Positions 1-16,284 are shown, counted from the stretch's first letter. The stretch: DNA of 64,000 bases from Eledone cirrhosa (GCA_964016885.1 OZ024740.1:232500001-232564000), one strand, 5' to 3'. Translations and numbers: made by a program. The notes: a model not told the origin generated them from the sequence alone.

Positions 1-21
1 TTCGATTTTACTAAGCTTCCA

Positions 22-62
<41 letters not shown>

Positions 63-136
63 TAAATATATAAATATATACAAACAAGAAGTGTAAGTCT
101 CAACAGGGTAAAATTAGCTTCGTTCATTCATATTAG

Positions 137-193
137 CTGCTATATATATTTCAGTGATAGCTATTATTCAACAGCTATGACCTCATCAGACAG
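137..193 (-). ncRNA. Minimal type I hammerhead ribozyme motif
   Basis: Minus strand reads CTGT-CTGATGA-[GGTCATAGCTGTT GAAT AATAGCTATCACT]-GAAA-T-ATAT-A-TA^GCAG. Stem II hairpin, palindromic stem III loop, stem I CTGT/GCAG. Lies in an AT-flanked segment. Confidence 0.65.
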
Positions 194-305
194 TAAGAAC
201 TTGAACAGAAAAAAACAGCAAAACATAATGTTGTAATAGATTTTACCTCGTTAGACAATTGCCAATACATACTGAAAATTATATATATCTGTGTGTTTGT
301 GTCTC

Positions 306-377
<72 letters not shown>

Positions 378-829
378 GCGTGTGTGTGTGGTTTTAATTA
401 ATAACTTAACCCAATGTCTATTGCAGGATTTGAAATGATATTTGCTTTTACTGTTAAGATCCAAAAGAACATCTTTTATTTCCAGATCTGGAAATGAAAA
501 TTAAGCGAGAAATCGAACATGGACTAAATAATTATTTCAAGCCCACAAGAGACTTTGTCCTTGAGCTTTGATGAGGCTCATGAAAAATAAGCGAAATACA
601 AGAAGCTGAAGATGTTAAAATTTAGTTTGTGGGGATCAATGAAAAACTTAGGATGAAAAAATATTCTCGCTTTGATTTGTTTGACCTGTCAACATTTTTG
701 ATACTTTAACAGAAAATCACATCCAGTATATAACATTATTCTTTAATATGTTGTTGTCATAATCAAACTTTCAGCAACCTAGGTACAAAGCAGTGGTGTA
801 CTATCTGGAATGAATACACATACATTCAA

Positions 830-875
<46 letters not shown>

Positions 876-894
876 ATATATATATATATATATA

Positions 895-1122
895 TTGTTA
901 TACTTGGGGAGGGTCATATTTGCGTAATATTGCCAGAATTAATAACAGAACACACTCACTGTTTGGTTGGTTTTCGCTTCTCGCTGTCTTTTATATCTGC
1001 GATCTAACTTACTCGTTATTAATTCTGTTATTAATTCTGGCAATATTACGCAAAAATGACCCTCCCCAAGTATAACAATATCTGTTTCGACACACGATTT
1101 CATATAAAAAACCTCGCTAAAC
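895..1122. mobile_element. Miniature PLE fold-back insertion (inverted 3' end plus tail) in (TA)n
   Basis: 895-950 is inverted at 1023-1078, followed by a ~44-nt tail. Terminus TTGTTATACTTGGGGAGGGTCAT matches the PLE terminus at 19101, 16594 and 46513. Sister copy at 61357-61580. Confidence 0.75.
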
Positions 1123-1147
1123 TATATATATATATATATATATATAT

Positions 1148-3569
<2,422 letters not shown>

Positions 3570-3844
3570 CGTGTGTGTGTGAGCATGTATATACTAACAC
3601 ATACACACATTATATGGTATGAACCCTTAATTCCTGAGGTAGCCTTAGTGGCGCCATATTGATATGCAGCGTTTCAAGGACATTGTTTTAAACCTGAGTC
3701 CATCTCCTCTCCAGGTTCTTCCAAAGAAGGATAGAGAGTGTGAGAAAGGAAGCGGGAAAGAGGTGTAGAGGCAGAAATCGACTCCAATACTAGAGTGGTA
3801 CGCTTATATCGACCTTAAATGGATGAAAGACAAATTTGTGACGT

Positions 3845-3999
3845 ATAGAGTTACGGCCCTTGCCATTCTGAGTTCAAATCCCGCCAAGGTTAACTTTGCC
3901 TTTCATCCTTACGGGGTCGATAAAATAAAGTACCAGTAAAAATAAAGTACCAGTAATGCACTGGGTAATTGCTGGCCTTGTTCCTAACGTAGAAACAGT
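3845..3999 (+). mobile_element. tRNA-derived SINE, 5' truncated
   Basis: B box GAGTTCAAATCCC, core ACTTTGCCTTTCATCCTTACGGGGTCGATAAAATAAAGTACCAG, tail GTAGAAACA; same family as the other copies. Confidence 0.85.
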
Positions 4000-4119
4000 T
4001 ATATATATATATATATATCGTCCTCCACCCCCACTCTCAAGCGTGAACCTAATACCAACACTGTTTGTACTACACTCTGCGTTATTGTTTTTTGTTTTTT
4101 GCTTTTACTTATATATATA

Positions 4120-6586
4120 CTAGCAGAAGTACCCGGCGTTGCTCCGGTGTAAGTCGACCTTTGGTCTGTTAGAATGTGTGAAAGTTACTTCCCGCGCATC
4201 ACAGGTTCAAAACTTCGAACTTCAATGAAAAAAAAAAGGTTAGTAGACACAGGTGTGTAATTTATTAATTGTAGTTACACAGTGTATCGTTGAAATTGTT
4301 CTCTGCACGACTGACGGAAGTCAAAATCGCTTGATAGTGTATGTTCAGTTAATTTAAAGCAGGGTGAAAATGTCGATTACTTTCAGGGGTTTTTTTTTTT
4401 TACAATTTTTGCGCTCACATGTGCAGAAGAAGAATTAAAAGGATCTTTATCTTAACCGCGGCATAATGGCGAGTCTTTTGTGACAGTTTTCAAAAATATA
4501 GGAAGTTCCTGTAAAAACTTTTCCCATGTGTAACTTTGCCTTGTTTTTTTGCGCAAAGTCGAGCCCCGCTTCAGTTTTATTGATTTTTTACATCAATGCG
4601 TGATCTCTGAAGTAGATTTGAGTGGCTAAAAACCTGTCCCGGTAAATTTTCTATAGGTGAAAAAAAGTTGATCAAAATTGTATCTAGGTTTATTGCCCTT
4701 TGCCACAGCCTCAAGCCTCGTCTGACGGGATGTTGGTGATTCCTCCGCCAGCGCTTGTTGGCGACGAAGGCGAACATCAGCAAGCCTTGTCGTACGTGAT
4801 GTTGGTGACTCAACCAGCCGGGAAAGACGTCTATCAGCGAGTCGAGATTCGCGCTCAGCAGGTGTTTCCTAGAGAAAATTAATTAATTCTACTGGTTAGC
4901 TAAGCCAATGGCAGTGTCAATAGTAAATGAGAAAAGTCTAACATGAACAAAAGGGAATCAAGGTAAGACAATAAATTTAATATAACTACGATTAGAATGT
5001 TGTAGTTGCTTAAAAGTGGTGACAGTTAGGATAAACACAGTACTTGCTAACATTAAGGGAGAATATTGCATAAAGGATTAATCAATTGTGAATGAACTCA
5101 TACCTGAGAACGCCTAATTCGTTGTCTCAAAGCAGTAGCTGTATCTTTTTTGGAGGTAAGTCTTGAACGTTTCCGTGTGGGCATAACGACGTGTAACGAA
5201 GCTGTTAGGTTAGAGAGAGGTGATTAAATACAGAGAGAGATGACACCAGATTCGTTAGCATGGTTACTGGTGAATGGGAAGGTTTGGAAATATGGTTACA
5301 ATAACTTACCGAATTTTCCGGTCTATAAATTGCACTTAAAATAATTAAATTTAATAAAAACACAGCTCTGCGCTTTTTACTCCGGTGAGCCTTATGTATA
5401 AATAATACAATGGTAATCAATCATGGCTCTAACAGAAGTAATAGATCTAGACTAAAAGTAAAGAAGATAGCATTTTCCTGGTTGGCCTTACACGCCGTTG
5501 CGCGGACCTGATTTTAAATGATACGCCTTATATCCTGGTGAGCCTTATAGAGCGGAAAATATCTATTGGAAAAGAATACGAATTCATGACCAAGGTGTGA
5601 CAAAATAGGCGTCTATACAGCGCCTGAAACAAACTTGTCCAAAACCCTAGGATTTTTCTCGTTAAGTATCCACCCAAAAGGAACCGTTTTTTAGTTACAA
5701 AAAATAACCAAAGTGTATAGTAGCTATATTTCTGACATATCATGCCAAAAAGAACAATATATTCAAAAAATGTTCTAAAGTACATTCACTCTATCTTTTT
5801 GACCGATATCTTAATAAGCAAGTTATCGATGTTTTATTGGCTGTCAGTGTCTATCTGCATGCAGGTATGCACGTGTGCGCAATTAATTGCAAATACGCTC
5901 ATAACATTTAGTCATAAGCAGAACAAAAAATGCCATTAGAGGTGGGCTAATAATGAAGACACAAACCCTGGTGAACTTACGTTTAAACACCCGAAAAGTT
6001 ACTCACTTCCTGAGCAAAAGACTGTATTATAAATTAAGTAATTTTTTACAACTTTGTATGTGTACAATACAACTTGGTCAACGTATTATTTAGTAATTTT
6101 TTTTTTCAAAAAGCATGATTATTTAAGACTGTTTGAAAATTTACTCACAGCTTTTAGCATCACAAAAGACACCATTAAATTTGGTTCCCTTTTCAGATAG
6201 GGATAATACTGTATTTCCACTTGAATAAGGTGGAATATGAAAAGATAAACTCTTTAATGGTCGGTCGTTTACTGAGACAGCTAGGAAGACATGCAGCTAG
6301 CCGTCCAATCAATAACGCACGTCATTATATGGACATATGAAATTTATTTTTATTGCGCCAGATGTAAACTAAGAGTTCTTGTGTTCGAATTCACATAAAA
6401 TTTCATTGGAATCGAAAAACATACTGTCATAGGGCCCGATTATCAATTTTTCGAAAATTTCAAGTAGCCTATTCCACTCTACGCGTTGAGTTTTATATGT
6501 GTGAGGTTTCATGAAAATTGGATGAACGGTGTAGCATGCAAGTTCGGAACACAAAACAACGGCCATCTTCCCTTTATATATATAGA
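4120..6586 (-). mobile_element. Non-autonomous (internally deleted) Helitron
   Basis: Minus strand starts A|TCTATATATATAAAG and ends with hairpin CCGG-AGCAACG-CCGG plus CTAG|T. Contains a RepHel N-terminal ES/ETP..R..RL repeat and a degenerate PIF1-type C-terminal motif (GQVFSHSNLLQRSR, cf. VFSHGQLYVALSR). Confidence 0.85.
4626..5184 (-). pseudogene. Spliced RepHel N-terminal remnant (exons 5184-5104 and 4868-4626)
   Basis: MPTRKRSRLTSKKDTATALRQRIRRSQ|gtatga...ttttctctag|ETPAERESRLADRRLSRLVESPTSRTTRLADVRLRRQQALAEESPTSRQTRLEAVA; phase-0 GT-AG intron keeps the frame. Confidence 0.7.
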
Positions 6587-6589
6587 TAT

Positions 6590-7684
6590 ATCACGCACAC
6601 ACACTATTACACTACACTCCCTTCCCCGTCCGCAACACCTTTTCTCTCCCTCTCCCTCTCCCTCTCCCCACCCCACCTACACTCCTTCACACACGCACAT
6701 CCCACTAACACCTCCACTAATATACACCCCATCACCCCACATCACCACCACCTCCCTCCAACTTTCACACCTAACCATCCTCTCCCCTGTCCACCGCACC
6801 CCCGCACACACAGACACACAGTCCACACCACAGACAGACCATTTATTCACCTGTCATCCTCCTCTACTGCTACCTCTTCACCCTGCGTTGACCCTCTGAC
6901 CACTTCCTGTTGCGCGCGCACCCCCACATCTCTCCACTTCCGACCACCACAACCAATGGATTCCACACGACCGGTCATCGTTCCAGCTATCCACTCTATA
7001 ACATGAGAAATATCCAGCATCTTATCTAACACTCCACGGAACTGCTTTAGGAACTTACCCAGGAACAAACACTCACATTGTTTTTCGAACCACGCCACCT
7101 ACACCCACTCCACCTATAAACACAAACACACACGTGCGTATCCACATATACACACTCTCAGCCTCCGGAATCCACACGGCCCCTCCCCCACCCCTCTGAC
7201 CCCTCTCCAACCACACGCAACACACACCGACTTACACCCCACCCCACGCCCGCACCGGTTCCCCTTTTCCGGAATATGGAACCTCGTTCTTCCCCAAACT
7301 CTAACATTCACACAGACACGCACACACACACACACACGTACACCTACTCACATACACAAACACCACCTTCAACCCTCCCCGCTCGGAACCCCCGCCTCCC
7401 TCTCCCAACTCCACCTGCCACCACCCCTACACGCCTCACACCCTTCCACCACTTGTTTATTTTTATGTTTACTTTTATTTTCATTTGTACTTCTAAATTC
7501 GCCCCTCCTCCGTGTTCTAAATGTCTTTCCACCACTCCCCCACACTCCCTCGGAACTCTCTTCCTACCCACTTTTCTCCTGATGAAGGGCTTATGCCCGA
7601 ACCCCCCCCCCCACACTCTCAAAAGCGTGAACCTAATAAATCCATATTTGTACTGCCTCTCTGTTTTTGTTCCTGTCTAAGATT

Positions 7685-7688
<4 letters not shown>
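6590..7688 (+). mobile_element. Degenerate C-rich PLE-like 3' fragment with decayed HHR
   Basis: CTGATGA-AGGGC-TTAT-GCCC-GAAC at 7579-7602. 3' segment AAGCGTGAACCTAATA is shared with 4019-4110 and similar to 62078-62095. Ends in (TA)n. Confidence 0.5.
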
Positions 7689-7757
<69 letters not shown>

Positions 7758-7852
7758 TATATGTATATGTGTGTGTGTATATGGATCCCGTGTTCAATCG
7801 GGTGTAACCACAGTAAGTAAGGTACTCAATGCATATCAAAGAATAAATATTT

Positions 7853-7976
7853 ATATAGAAAAATGGCTTCTACAGGACTAGAATTGTTTCATTCTAGGGC
7901 AATCATCTGGAAAGCCCTTTCCTGATGATTTCTTCGAATGAAGCAGTTCTAGTCCTGTAGAAGCCACTTCTATATT
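7853..7976. repeat. Fold-back element with degenerate HHR cores on both arms
   Basis: Arms ~7853-7910 and ~7919-7976; CTGATGA-TTTCTTCGAAT-GAAG at 7922. Related pieces at ~25535-25560 and ~25950-25990. Confidence 0.6.
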
Positions 7977-8639
7977 AAATATATATATATATTTACGACA
8001 TATACACGAAACGCATCCACATTGAGTTGGACATGACTTGACAAAATTTGCTCTCACTTCAGAGAAGAATCGGTTTTTCAGGGACCTTGTCAGAGACTGG
8101 CAGCTGTTCAACTAAAGCGGAGAGCCGAATATTATTGCTATTACAGTTGCTGTCGTGTCGTCGGTTGACGGTTTTGTTGTTACAATGGATGTGTTGTTGT
8201 TATTATTATTAATATTATTAATGGTGTTGGTGAGGCCGGTGATGCTGGTATGTATGTGGGGATTTCAAGCTGGTGTATGCTTCAGTTCACAAATAATATA
8301 ACGCTGTTGCTGATGATGTAGAGAGAGGTAAGCGAATGTGTGTGATGGAGATAGTAGTGGAAAGGAATATGGTCGGTTGCGGTTCTGGGGTGATGTGTCT
8401 TGTTTGTTATTTTTGTTGTTTTTGTAAAAGCTAGTTTTTCTTTTATTACAATATCAGAGGGTATTCGGTACAACACTGCTGGGTTATAGGGTTTACTTTT
8501 CCGTCGGTGTTAAAAATTAAATAAAAAGATGTATAGAATAAAGATAACAAAAAGGAACAAATATCAAATAGAAAGTTAGATGTTGGTTCAAGTTTGATGT
8601 TTTACAAGAGAATAGTTCGTTGTTTAGGAAAATATGCTC

Positions 8640-8650
8640 TCCTCCTCCTT

Positions 8651-8731
<81 letters not shown>

Positions 8732-8900
8732 TTCTTTTCTTCTTGTTTTCCCTCTTCCTCTTCATCTTATTCTACTTCTTCTTCTTATTATTAGTCTCTC
8801 CCTCCTCCTCCTTCTTCTTTCCCCCATCCTTCTTCTTCTTCTTCTTCTTCTTCTTCTTCTTCTTCTTCTTCTTCTTCTTCTTCTTCTTCTTCTTCTCCTC
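8640..8900. repeat. Compound (CTT)n/(ATT)n microsatellite
   Basis: Directly visible. Confidence 0.95.
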
Positions 8901-9032
8901 CTCCCCCTCACAGGCAATGAAGGTGGTTCTTCACTAGTTCTTGATATGGTAGAAATAGCAGTCAAGTCTACTTGAAAATACGCAATGTCGTCTTAAATAA
9001 AGTTACATTGCGATGATATGTTCCTAGATATA

Positions 9033-9924
9033 CTAGGTGTGTCAGAAAAGTAACAGGATTTAGTGTGCTTTTTGAGCTATGTGGTTGGAAGGGATTAGCG
9101 GGTCGTGTCACCGTGTGCGGTAATATTCGGGAAGTATATCACTGCGATATCAGCTCTCTGCAACAATTGTATATTTTTTCGAGTCCCTTTATTAACAGTT
9201 CCTCAAATTTAGGCCATTATGCGATGGGTGCAGACCATCGAACCAACCTAAAGTTTTTGGTCCGGCTGGAGAAAACTCCGTGAGAAGGACTCTGTAAAGT
9301 GCAGTATGTGTACGGAGATGAGACGACGTTGTTCTCATGTATTTACGAGTGGCAAAAAAGGTTCAAAGAGGGATGCGGGGGACGTGGAAGACGACCCCAG
9401 GAGCAGAAGGCCTTCAACAAGCATGACTGAAGCCAACGTGGAACATGTGATCTATGTGTTGCGTGTTAATCGTCGGTTGAGTGTTCGCCTGATCGCAAGT
9501 GAGCTGTATACAAACCGCGACAGTGTTTGGAAGATTATCACCGAAGATTTAGACATGCAGGAGATCTGTACAATGTTACCGAAACTGCTAAAAGTTGACC
9601 AGAAGGGTCGGCGCATGCAAGTATGTCAGGACCCCCTTGAGCGTCTTGAAACAAAACCATACATTCTGGGGAGAGTTATCACCGGTGATGAATCATGGGG
9701 ACCCGCTTTCCGGACGTGGAAGCCATTAAGACGACCATGAGGCGGGAACTGTGGAGAATCCCGGAAGAATCCTTCCAGGAGTTCAGGGATTCACGGCGGT
9801 GAAGGAGAGGAACGTGCATTAGACTCGAGGGGGATTATTTCGAAGGCGGAAACTTGGCGTTTGTAATTGGGATTTGAAATATTTTTTTACAACTCCATGT
9901 CCTGTTTCTTTCAGACGCACTTCG
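9033..9924 (+). mobile_element. Mariner transposon, internally deleted, transposase pseudogene
   Basis: TA-flanked imperfect TIRs CTAGGTGTGTCAGAAAAGTAACAGGA / TCCTGTTTCTTTCAGACGCACTTCG. Peptide DVEDDPRSRRPSTS...NRRLSVRLIA...RVITGDESW; rest of the catalytic domain deleted. Confidence 0.9.
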
Positions 9925-10126
9925 TAGATACGGGATGGTAACTCCTGGAAAGTTTTCAATTATGTTTTGTCGCCAAGGCTGATTTGTGACTAAACAACAA
10001 AAAGAATCTCTCCCATTCTCCCTCTTTCTCTTTTTCTTTCTCTTTTTATCTCTCCGTCAAATGTTCCCCCTTTCCCTTTCATCATTTCTGTTTTGGCATA
10101 CATATTTGTTTATATGCATGCACGTA

Positions 10127-10229
<103 letters not shown>

Positions 10230-10309
10230 ATGCATGTGTACACAAAGTTACACCCACATAATAAACACACACACACACTCACACACACACACACACACAC
10301 AAACGCACA

Positions 10310-10433
<124 letters not shown>

Positions 10434-10439
10434 GTGAAT

Positions 10440-11700
10440 AGCCGTTTCTTCAAAAAAGAGGACTTGGCATATATCGTAAATGCCTAAGTTCTCTAGTTTC
10501 TTTCTGAGAAAGTGCCGTATCTCAATGACCTTTAGTTTTCAAAATACTAAAAGTGCGAACTGTCGTAACCTTAAACTAATTTTGTTAAATAGTAGTGCGT
10601 TTGTGTTACGACTTTTAAATAAAAATTACCAAATTGTTGATATACAACAGTCCAGGACAAGTTTACAAACAGTTCATGCCAGTTCATTGCAGGCTTTTCC
10701 ACTCTTTTTTCTTTTCTTTTTTTAGTTGTTAAGAACATGAAGGGAATCAATCATTATTTTTAGTTTTATTCGGTTTAGACTCATGGTGAGAACGACGAAG
10801 TACATGCTGTGATAGAAAGCGCATAAAAACATGTTGAAATTTTATATATAGGACCGTTTTATACCATAATCCGTAGTGCTTAACTGGAAAAAGAAATTAT
10901 AAGTTGAATTGACTAAACTCCGATTGACACACGGCACTATAAATAGGAAAGAACAGGTTAACATCTTGAAGTCAAAAGTTATAAACTTCAGTAAAGATGA
11001 CATCTTGGCACGTAAATCCAATTTCACGGAACCAAGAGAACAAGTCACCACAGTATTAAAGAAGATGAAGAAATAGTTTTAAAGCACATCTACCATGAGC
11101 AGGTTGTTATTTTGACGGTGGAGGAAAAATATTTTGTGGCTTGAAATACGGAAAGATTATTATAATTTCTACAAACACAGTGTTGTAGTTTTGAAAGCCA
11201 TAGAAACTCTCGACAAAAGTCGTATAATTGGATTTTTTCATTGAAATTTTTATGCATACATATCTTACCTTGTATGACTTAACTTGGCATTTTAGTTCAT
11301 TGGAATAGTTTGTCTGAGTATATCTTATCCAATTAAGTCTATTCAAACCTAATCAAATTTAAATACTACTTCACTAGTAAATCCCAATCAAACTGTGAAA
11401 TTGAACTAATTGACTATATCTTCAATAAATTTGTAAACTTAGACCTAGGTTAGAAGTCAAGGACATATGCTTACATATACCAAATGCACTTATATGTATT
11501 TATTGATTGATTAAATTATACCGATTTACACAATCTTTTCGATTCAATCCCCTTTTGGCACTTTATTCTTTACCAGAAAAAATCCATTACAGATTGATTC
11601 CCTTCATGTTCTTAATAATTAAAAAAAGAATTACTCCTTAGAATATTTCTTAGAACATTCTTTGCTGGTGATTTGGCACTTGTGTGGATTTTTTTAGACA
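10440..11700 (+). mobile_element. Possible Sola-like DNA transposon remnant
   Basis: ~10779-10880 translates THGENDEVHAVIESA*KHVEILY, resembling the Sola-type GH..NE.D..H..IE motif. Dispersed TTGGCA motifs; 24-bp inverted repeat 10729-10752 / 11592-11615. Boundaries uncertain. Confidence 0.4.
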
Positions 11701-12144
11701 TGACATGCTTATTATTGTTAGTAATATAAATATCCTCCTAAATATGTTTTTAGTAGAGTTCATATGGTTGAAAGATTTTGGCTGCTATTTCTAGCTTTCA
11801 CGTCACCGAGACAATGCTTAGACGTAGTGGTTTAAAATCATGTGCCTTTTATCTTCAATATACGATTTATATTCAGAGGTGTGAGTTCATATTTCGATCA
11901 ACCTCGAGCTGATGATCCATTGATTGCCTATAGAACTCAGCCATTTAATTAGTGAAACATATTCTTAAGCAATAATAGAATATGTATGCGAGGATATGAA
12001 TAATTACTGAAAATCAGGTATTTACAATTTAAATACGCAGCCTTTTGGAATAATATATGTTCTTACATCCTTTTACAAATTATCTCTTGTTAATGTTTGA
12101 TATATTTATGTATATGTCAATCGTCTTTTAATTATATATATATA

Positions 12145-12746
12145 CTAGCCGAATTACCCGCGCCTTGTTGCGTTTCACACATTTTTTTTTTTTGGTGAGA
12201 AAATGATGATTGATTTTAAATTAGTGATATAATGGAGAAAAAATAAAGGGAAAATGTTAAAAAAGTAGAGGCATTAACTAATAATTTTTGTTGTCATAAT
12301 TCTAGTAATATTTTGCCATAGATAACATGTCTAAATTAGCCAAATTTTACTATAAAAGAGAGGTGCTTTTTTGTTGTTTTACGTTTAATTAATAGAAAAA
12401 CCCCGTGATAATAAAGGTTCCAATACTCAAGCTATGGGCTTCCAAAATGTTCACTATAGGGGGTTTAACCCTCCATTAGGGTGTCTTAATATTATTGAAA
12501 TTTGTAAATAGGCATCATATCTATGATTTAAATTTCATATAAATCGAAAAATTTTCGGCGGTGGCAAGCGGAGGTTTGTGCCCCCGGGGGAGCCCTTTGA
12601 TTAAAATGAAATATACTTATCCAAGTACTCTGAGCAATATAGTTTCAGAATATATATGGTTATGGGGGTCTATCTCCAAAACCATAGGAGGAGTTTGTGA
12701 ACAAACAAACAAACAGACAGGAACTACAACTTTGTATATATATATA
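12145..12746 (-). mobile_element. Non-autonomous Helitron
   Basis: Minus-strand 3' end ACGCAACAAGGCGCGGGTAATTCGG-CTAG|T. (AAAC)n microsatellite near the 5' end, which runs into TA repeats. Confidence 0.7.
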
Positions 12747-12779
12747 TTAAAGTTTTCGCTCCGACATAGCTGTTTACAT

Positions 12780-13000
12780 TTAAGTATGTGAATTGTGTAT
12801 ATGTAATGATATACGGTACGTTTACGAATAAACATATTGGTAAGCACTTTAGCTATGAATATTGAAAAGCTGACGGCTGGCCCTGTCTAGCCGATTCCAG
12901 CAGAAACAGTAGGGAATAACTACCAACGCATTTCTGGCTTAGGTGGTCATGGGGACAGTGCTTCTCCCGCATTGATCTCTTAGAATTTGAAACAGGCGAA
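12780..13000. repeat. Diverged copy of the family at 62458-62779
   Basis: Shared TATACGGTA..AATAAACAT and CTAGCNGATTCCAGCAGAA..GGGA..TAAC..TTGAAACA motifs. Confidence 0.6.
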
Positions 13001-13191
13001 AATATATAGTTTTTTCGGCTATGTACATGGGCCGATTAACCTCATTTGTAACATTCATTGGAAAAGGGCTTTCCAAAAGTGTTATATTGTCTATAGAGAT
13101 TACAAAGCTTACAAAAAGTAAAGAAAAAAAAACAGCAGTAAATAATTATAAAAAGTTAAAAGGTATGGTTACGAAAAGTGAATAATTATAA

Positions 13192-13385
13192 TTATAATTG
13201 TTTCTACTTTTGGCACAAGGCCAGCAATTACCCAGTGTATTATTGGTACTTTATTTTATCGACCCCATAAGGATGAAAGGCAAAGTTAACCTCGGCAGGA
13301 TTTGAACTCAGAATGGCAAGGGCCGTAACTCTATGCGTCTAAGCATGTCGTCCGACCCCCTACCGATACTGCCAATCCACCGCCC
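13192..13385 (-). mobile_element. tRNA-derived SINE, full length
   Basis: Head GGCGGTGGATTGGCAGTATCGGTAG (A box), B box GAGTTCAAATCC, conserved core and tail. Confidence 0.9.
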
Positions 13386-13739
13386 TATATATATGTAATT
13401 AGTTTTAAAAAGCAAATAATTTATTCAAAAAGTAAGTAATTGGTTAAAAAATCTATTTGCGAGTATGGATCTATATTAAATTGATGGTGAAAAAATTCTA
13501 TGCCGTGGCCATTTCCCGAGCTAGACCGGCTCATTGTTCTCCAGTCACAGGGATCCAGGAAAATGGTTCATGCCACCGAGTAGATTCAATATATGAAAAT
13601 GGGGGAAATTTCTTGAACATTAAGGTTAATTTATATCCAGCTCCCTGCTAGTTGGAGTGTAAAAGAATTTCCATGGTTGGATGTATGGTACAATATGTAT
13701 GTTACAGAGCATACGTGCTATAAGCTGCACACACATTTT

Positions 13740-15111
13740 GTACTGTTTGTGCAATTATGTCAGAAAAAACGGTCACAAACGTTCGATGGAACTTGAAGAA
13801 CGGCAGTAACAATAAGAATAATTACTACTACTTTAACTCAAAACACATCGGCAACAACAAAACAAACGATAGTATCACGAATAACAGCAGCAACAATAAC
13901 AAAAAACAAAAAGGGCGACAGAAACGAACACGCGAACACAGAAAGGAGCAAAGATAGCAACAGAAAAAATTGGGATGAATGAATTGGTAAGGTTGGAGGG
14001 GGAAAGTGTTAGAATCATGAAATGTACTGACAACACACATTCATACACACTGAGAAACAGAAAACACACTAGCAACAACAACACACACACACACACAGAT
14101 AACACCACCACCAATAACAACAACGACAGTAACAATAGGAATAATAACAATAACGTCAACAAAAATAACCATATCACCAACAACAACAGCAATACACACA
14201 AACACAGTGATACTGAACACAACACAACTAAAATACATGAATGGAAACCCTATCAACGACAAGTCTATTTCAATCCGACTGACAATACGTACAATACGAA
14301 TAGCATTTACCTGACAAATTTATCATTTAAAAAGACGACTAAACTGACAGATTCTTGAACAACACACTAGGAGACAGAATCGGACGGAGGCACAGCAATT
14401 AAGTCGTAAATCCACAAATGGCCTATACAAACTCATACAATTGGGAGGTTGTTTTTCCCGACAGATAATATCAATAGAGACCTACCAGACTATATCCAGG
14501 CAATGCAACCATACATCATCAACAAGAGTGAACAACACCGCAAGCACACGAGGAGAGAGAAAATCTCATCAGTGCTAAACCAACATGCCAAACTAGAACA
14601 CCAGGGCTCGATAGATAGCATAAGAAATAAAGAACCTATACGGACATAGAACTGACGCAACAATTACAGTAGCCACACACAAAATAGAAGTCCTAGGCTG
14701 AAAAGAAAATACGTGTGGCGTAGTAACAGCCCACAACTAAACTCCCGAAGACAGAACAGAGAAGAAAAAAAGATATAACTATTAAAGGATTCAAACCCAC
14801 ACACATAAAATACACGTAAACATGACAAACACAGAAACGCATGCACACATAGAGACGCGGGCGCAATCACATGCGCAGACACGAAACAAAAAAGGACCAA
14901 AAAGAAAGATGGAGTATGAGTTTAAGATGAGGAAAAAGAAGAGACACAAAACAGATTATCATTAAGGTCGTCACAGAATGTCTAACGAAAGAATTTTAAC
15001 AAACGAATGAATAACAAACAATAAAGTTAAAGATAAAGTGGAAATTACATGGTGCGTGTGTGTATTTCTATTGGCAATATTTGCAACATTACCATCCGCA
15101 AATATAACAAT
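13740..15111 (+). mobile_element. Internally deleted relative of the PLE at 19.1-23 kb
   Basis: Asn/Thr-rich segment, YFNPTD (cf. FYNPSD), FPTD..DYIQAMQP joined to the endonuclease piece SSVLNQHAKLEH, decayed HHR ~14960-15000, and homologous terminus TGGTGCGTGTG...ATAACAATATA. Confidence 0.8.
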
Positions 15112-15259
15112 ATATATATATAAGTTGTACAAGAGGTTTGTTTATCTTAGTTGTTACGTAGTAACTCCCTGGTGATAAGCATGTCCTAGCGCACAAAGCA
15201 CTACACGTCAGTAGTTTATCCCAGGTAGGTGATATTGACTTACAGAGTATTCATTTATC

Positions 15260-15451
15260 AAATAATTGTTTCTACTTTTGGCACAAGGCCAGCAATTATC
15301 CAGTACATTACTGGTACTTTATTTTATCGACCCCAAAAGGATGAAAGGCAAAGTTAACCTCGGCGGGATTTGAACTCAGTCCGTAACTATGCTGGAACTA
15401 TGCTGGAAAGCATGGTGTCCGACTCTCTACCGATACTGCGAATACACCGCC
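15260..15451 (-). mobile_element. tRNA-derived SINE with target-site duplication
   Basis: Family consensus; TSD ATTTATCAAATAAT. Confidence 0.9.
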
Positions 15452-15487
15452 CTATTTATCAAATAATGGTTGTCAAGACAGGGTTAA

Positions 15488-15765
15488 ATCAGCATCATTG
15501 TTTATTGTATTATGTATATTTCAGTTACATGGGTATTCGTGTGACTTCGTCAGATGCTGACGCAAATATTGGTGCAGTTATGCAATCATTGTGATATGCA
15601 CGTCCATGCAGTGGTGAAGTAGTTCACCACTGGATGGATGTGCATGGCTAGCGGCATATCACAATGATTGCGTAACAGCACTAATAATTGCGTAAGCATC
15701 TGACGAAGTCACATGAATAACCATGTAACTGAAATATACATAATACAATAAACAATTATGTTGAT
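15488..15765. repeat. Fold-back element with an HHR motif on each arm
   Basis: ~110-bp arms. Plus arm GCAT-CTGACGA-AGTCACATG..CATGTAACT-GAAA-TATACATA^ATAC at 15696-15746, then AATAAA; mirror copy on the minus strand. Confidence 0.7.
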
Positions 15766-16017
15766 ATATATATATATAGAGATCTGTAGATATATATGTG
15801 TATATATATATTTTTCTTTACATAATAAACAAAATACAATATAATCATTCCCTTATCAAAAGTTTCAGGAAACTAGACTATCTTAACAGAAACGTCCACT
15901 ACGCTCATCAGATGAAATATTCCAGTATTATATTGTGTTGTTTTTTATGTAATTAAATACATCTCTACTATACATAGAGCATTCTTCTTTCCTTTATTTT
16001 TTCTACGGAAATACATA

Positions 16018-16066
<49 letters not shown>

Positions 16067-16086
16067 AACATATGTATATATATATA

Positions 16087-16284
16087 TTTAATACTGTATA
16101 AACCGAGGATTTTAAATTAAATCCATCTTAGATATCAACAATTGTTTCTATACAGATGAGAGTCATGTAAACATTCAACCAGTCTGTTTACACCCATTTA
16201 AACGACTCTTATCTGTATAGAAACAATTGCTGAGATTAAAGATAGGTTTGTTTTTAAAAACCTTGATTTATTCAGTATTAAATA
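16087..16284. repeat. Imperfect fold-back element beside (TA)n
   Basis: Arms include CAATTGTTTCTATACAGAT.AGAGTC / GACTCT.ATCTGTATAGAAACAATTG; one-sided extension to ~16410. Confidence 0.65.
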
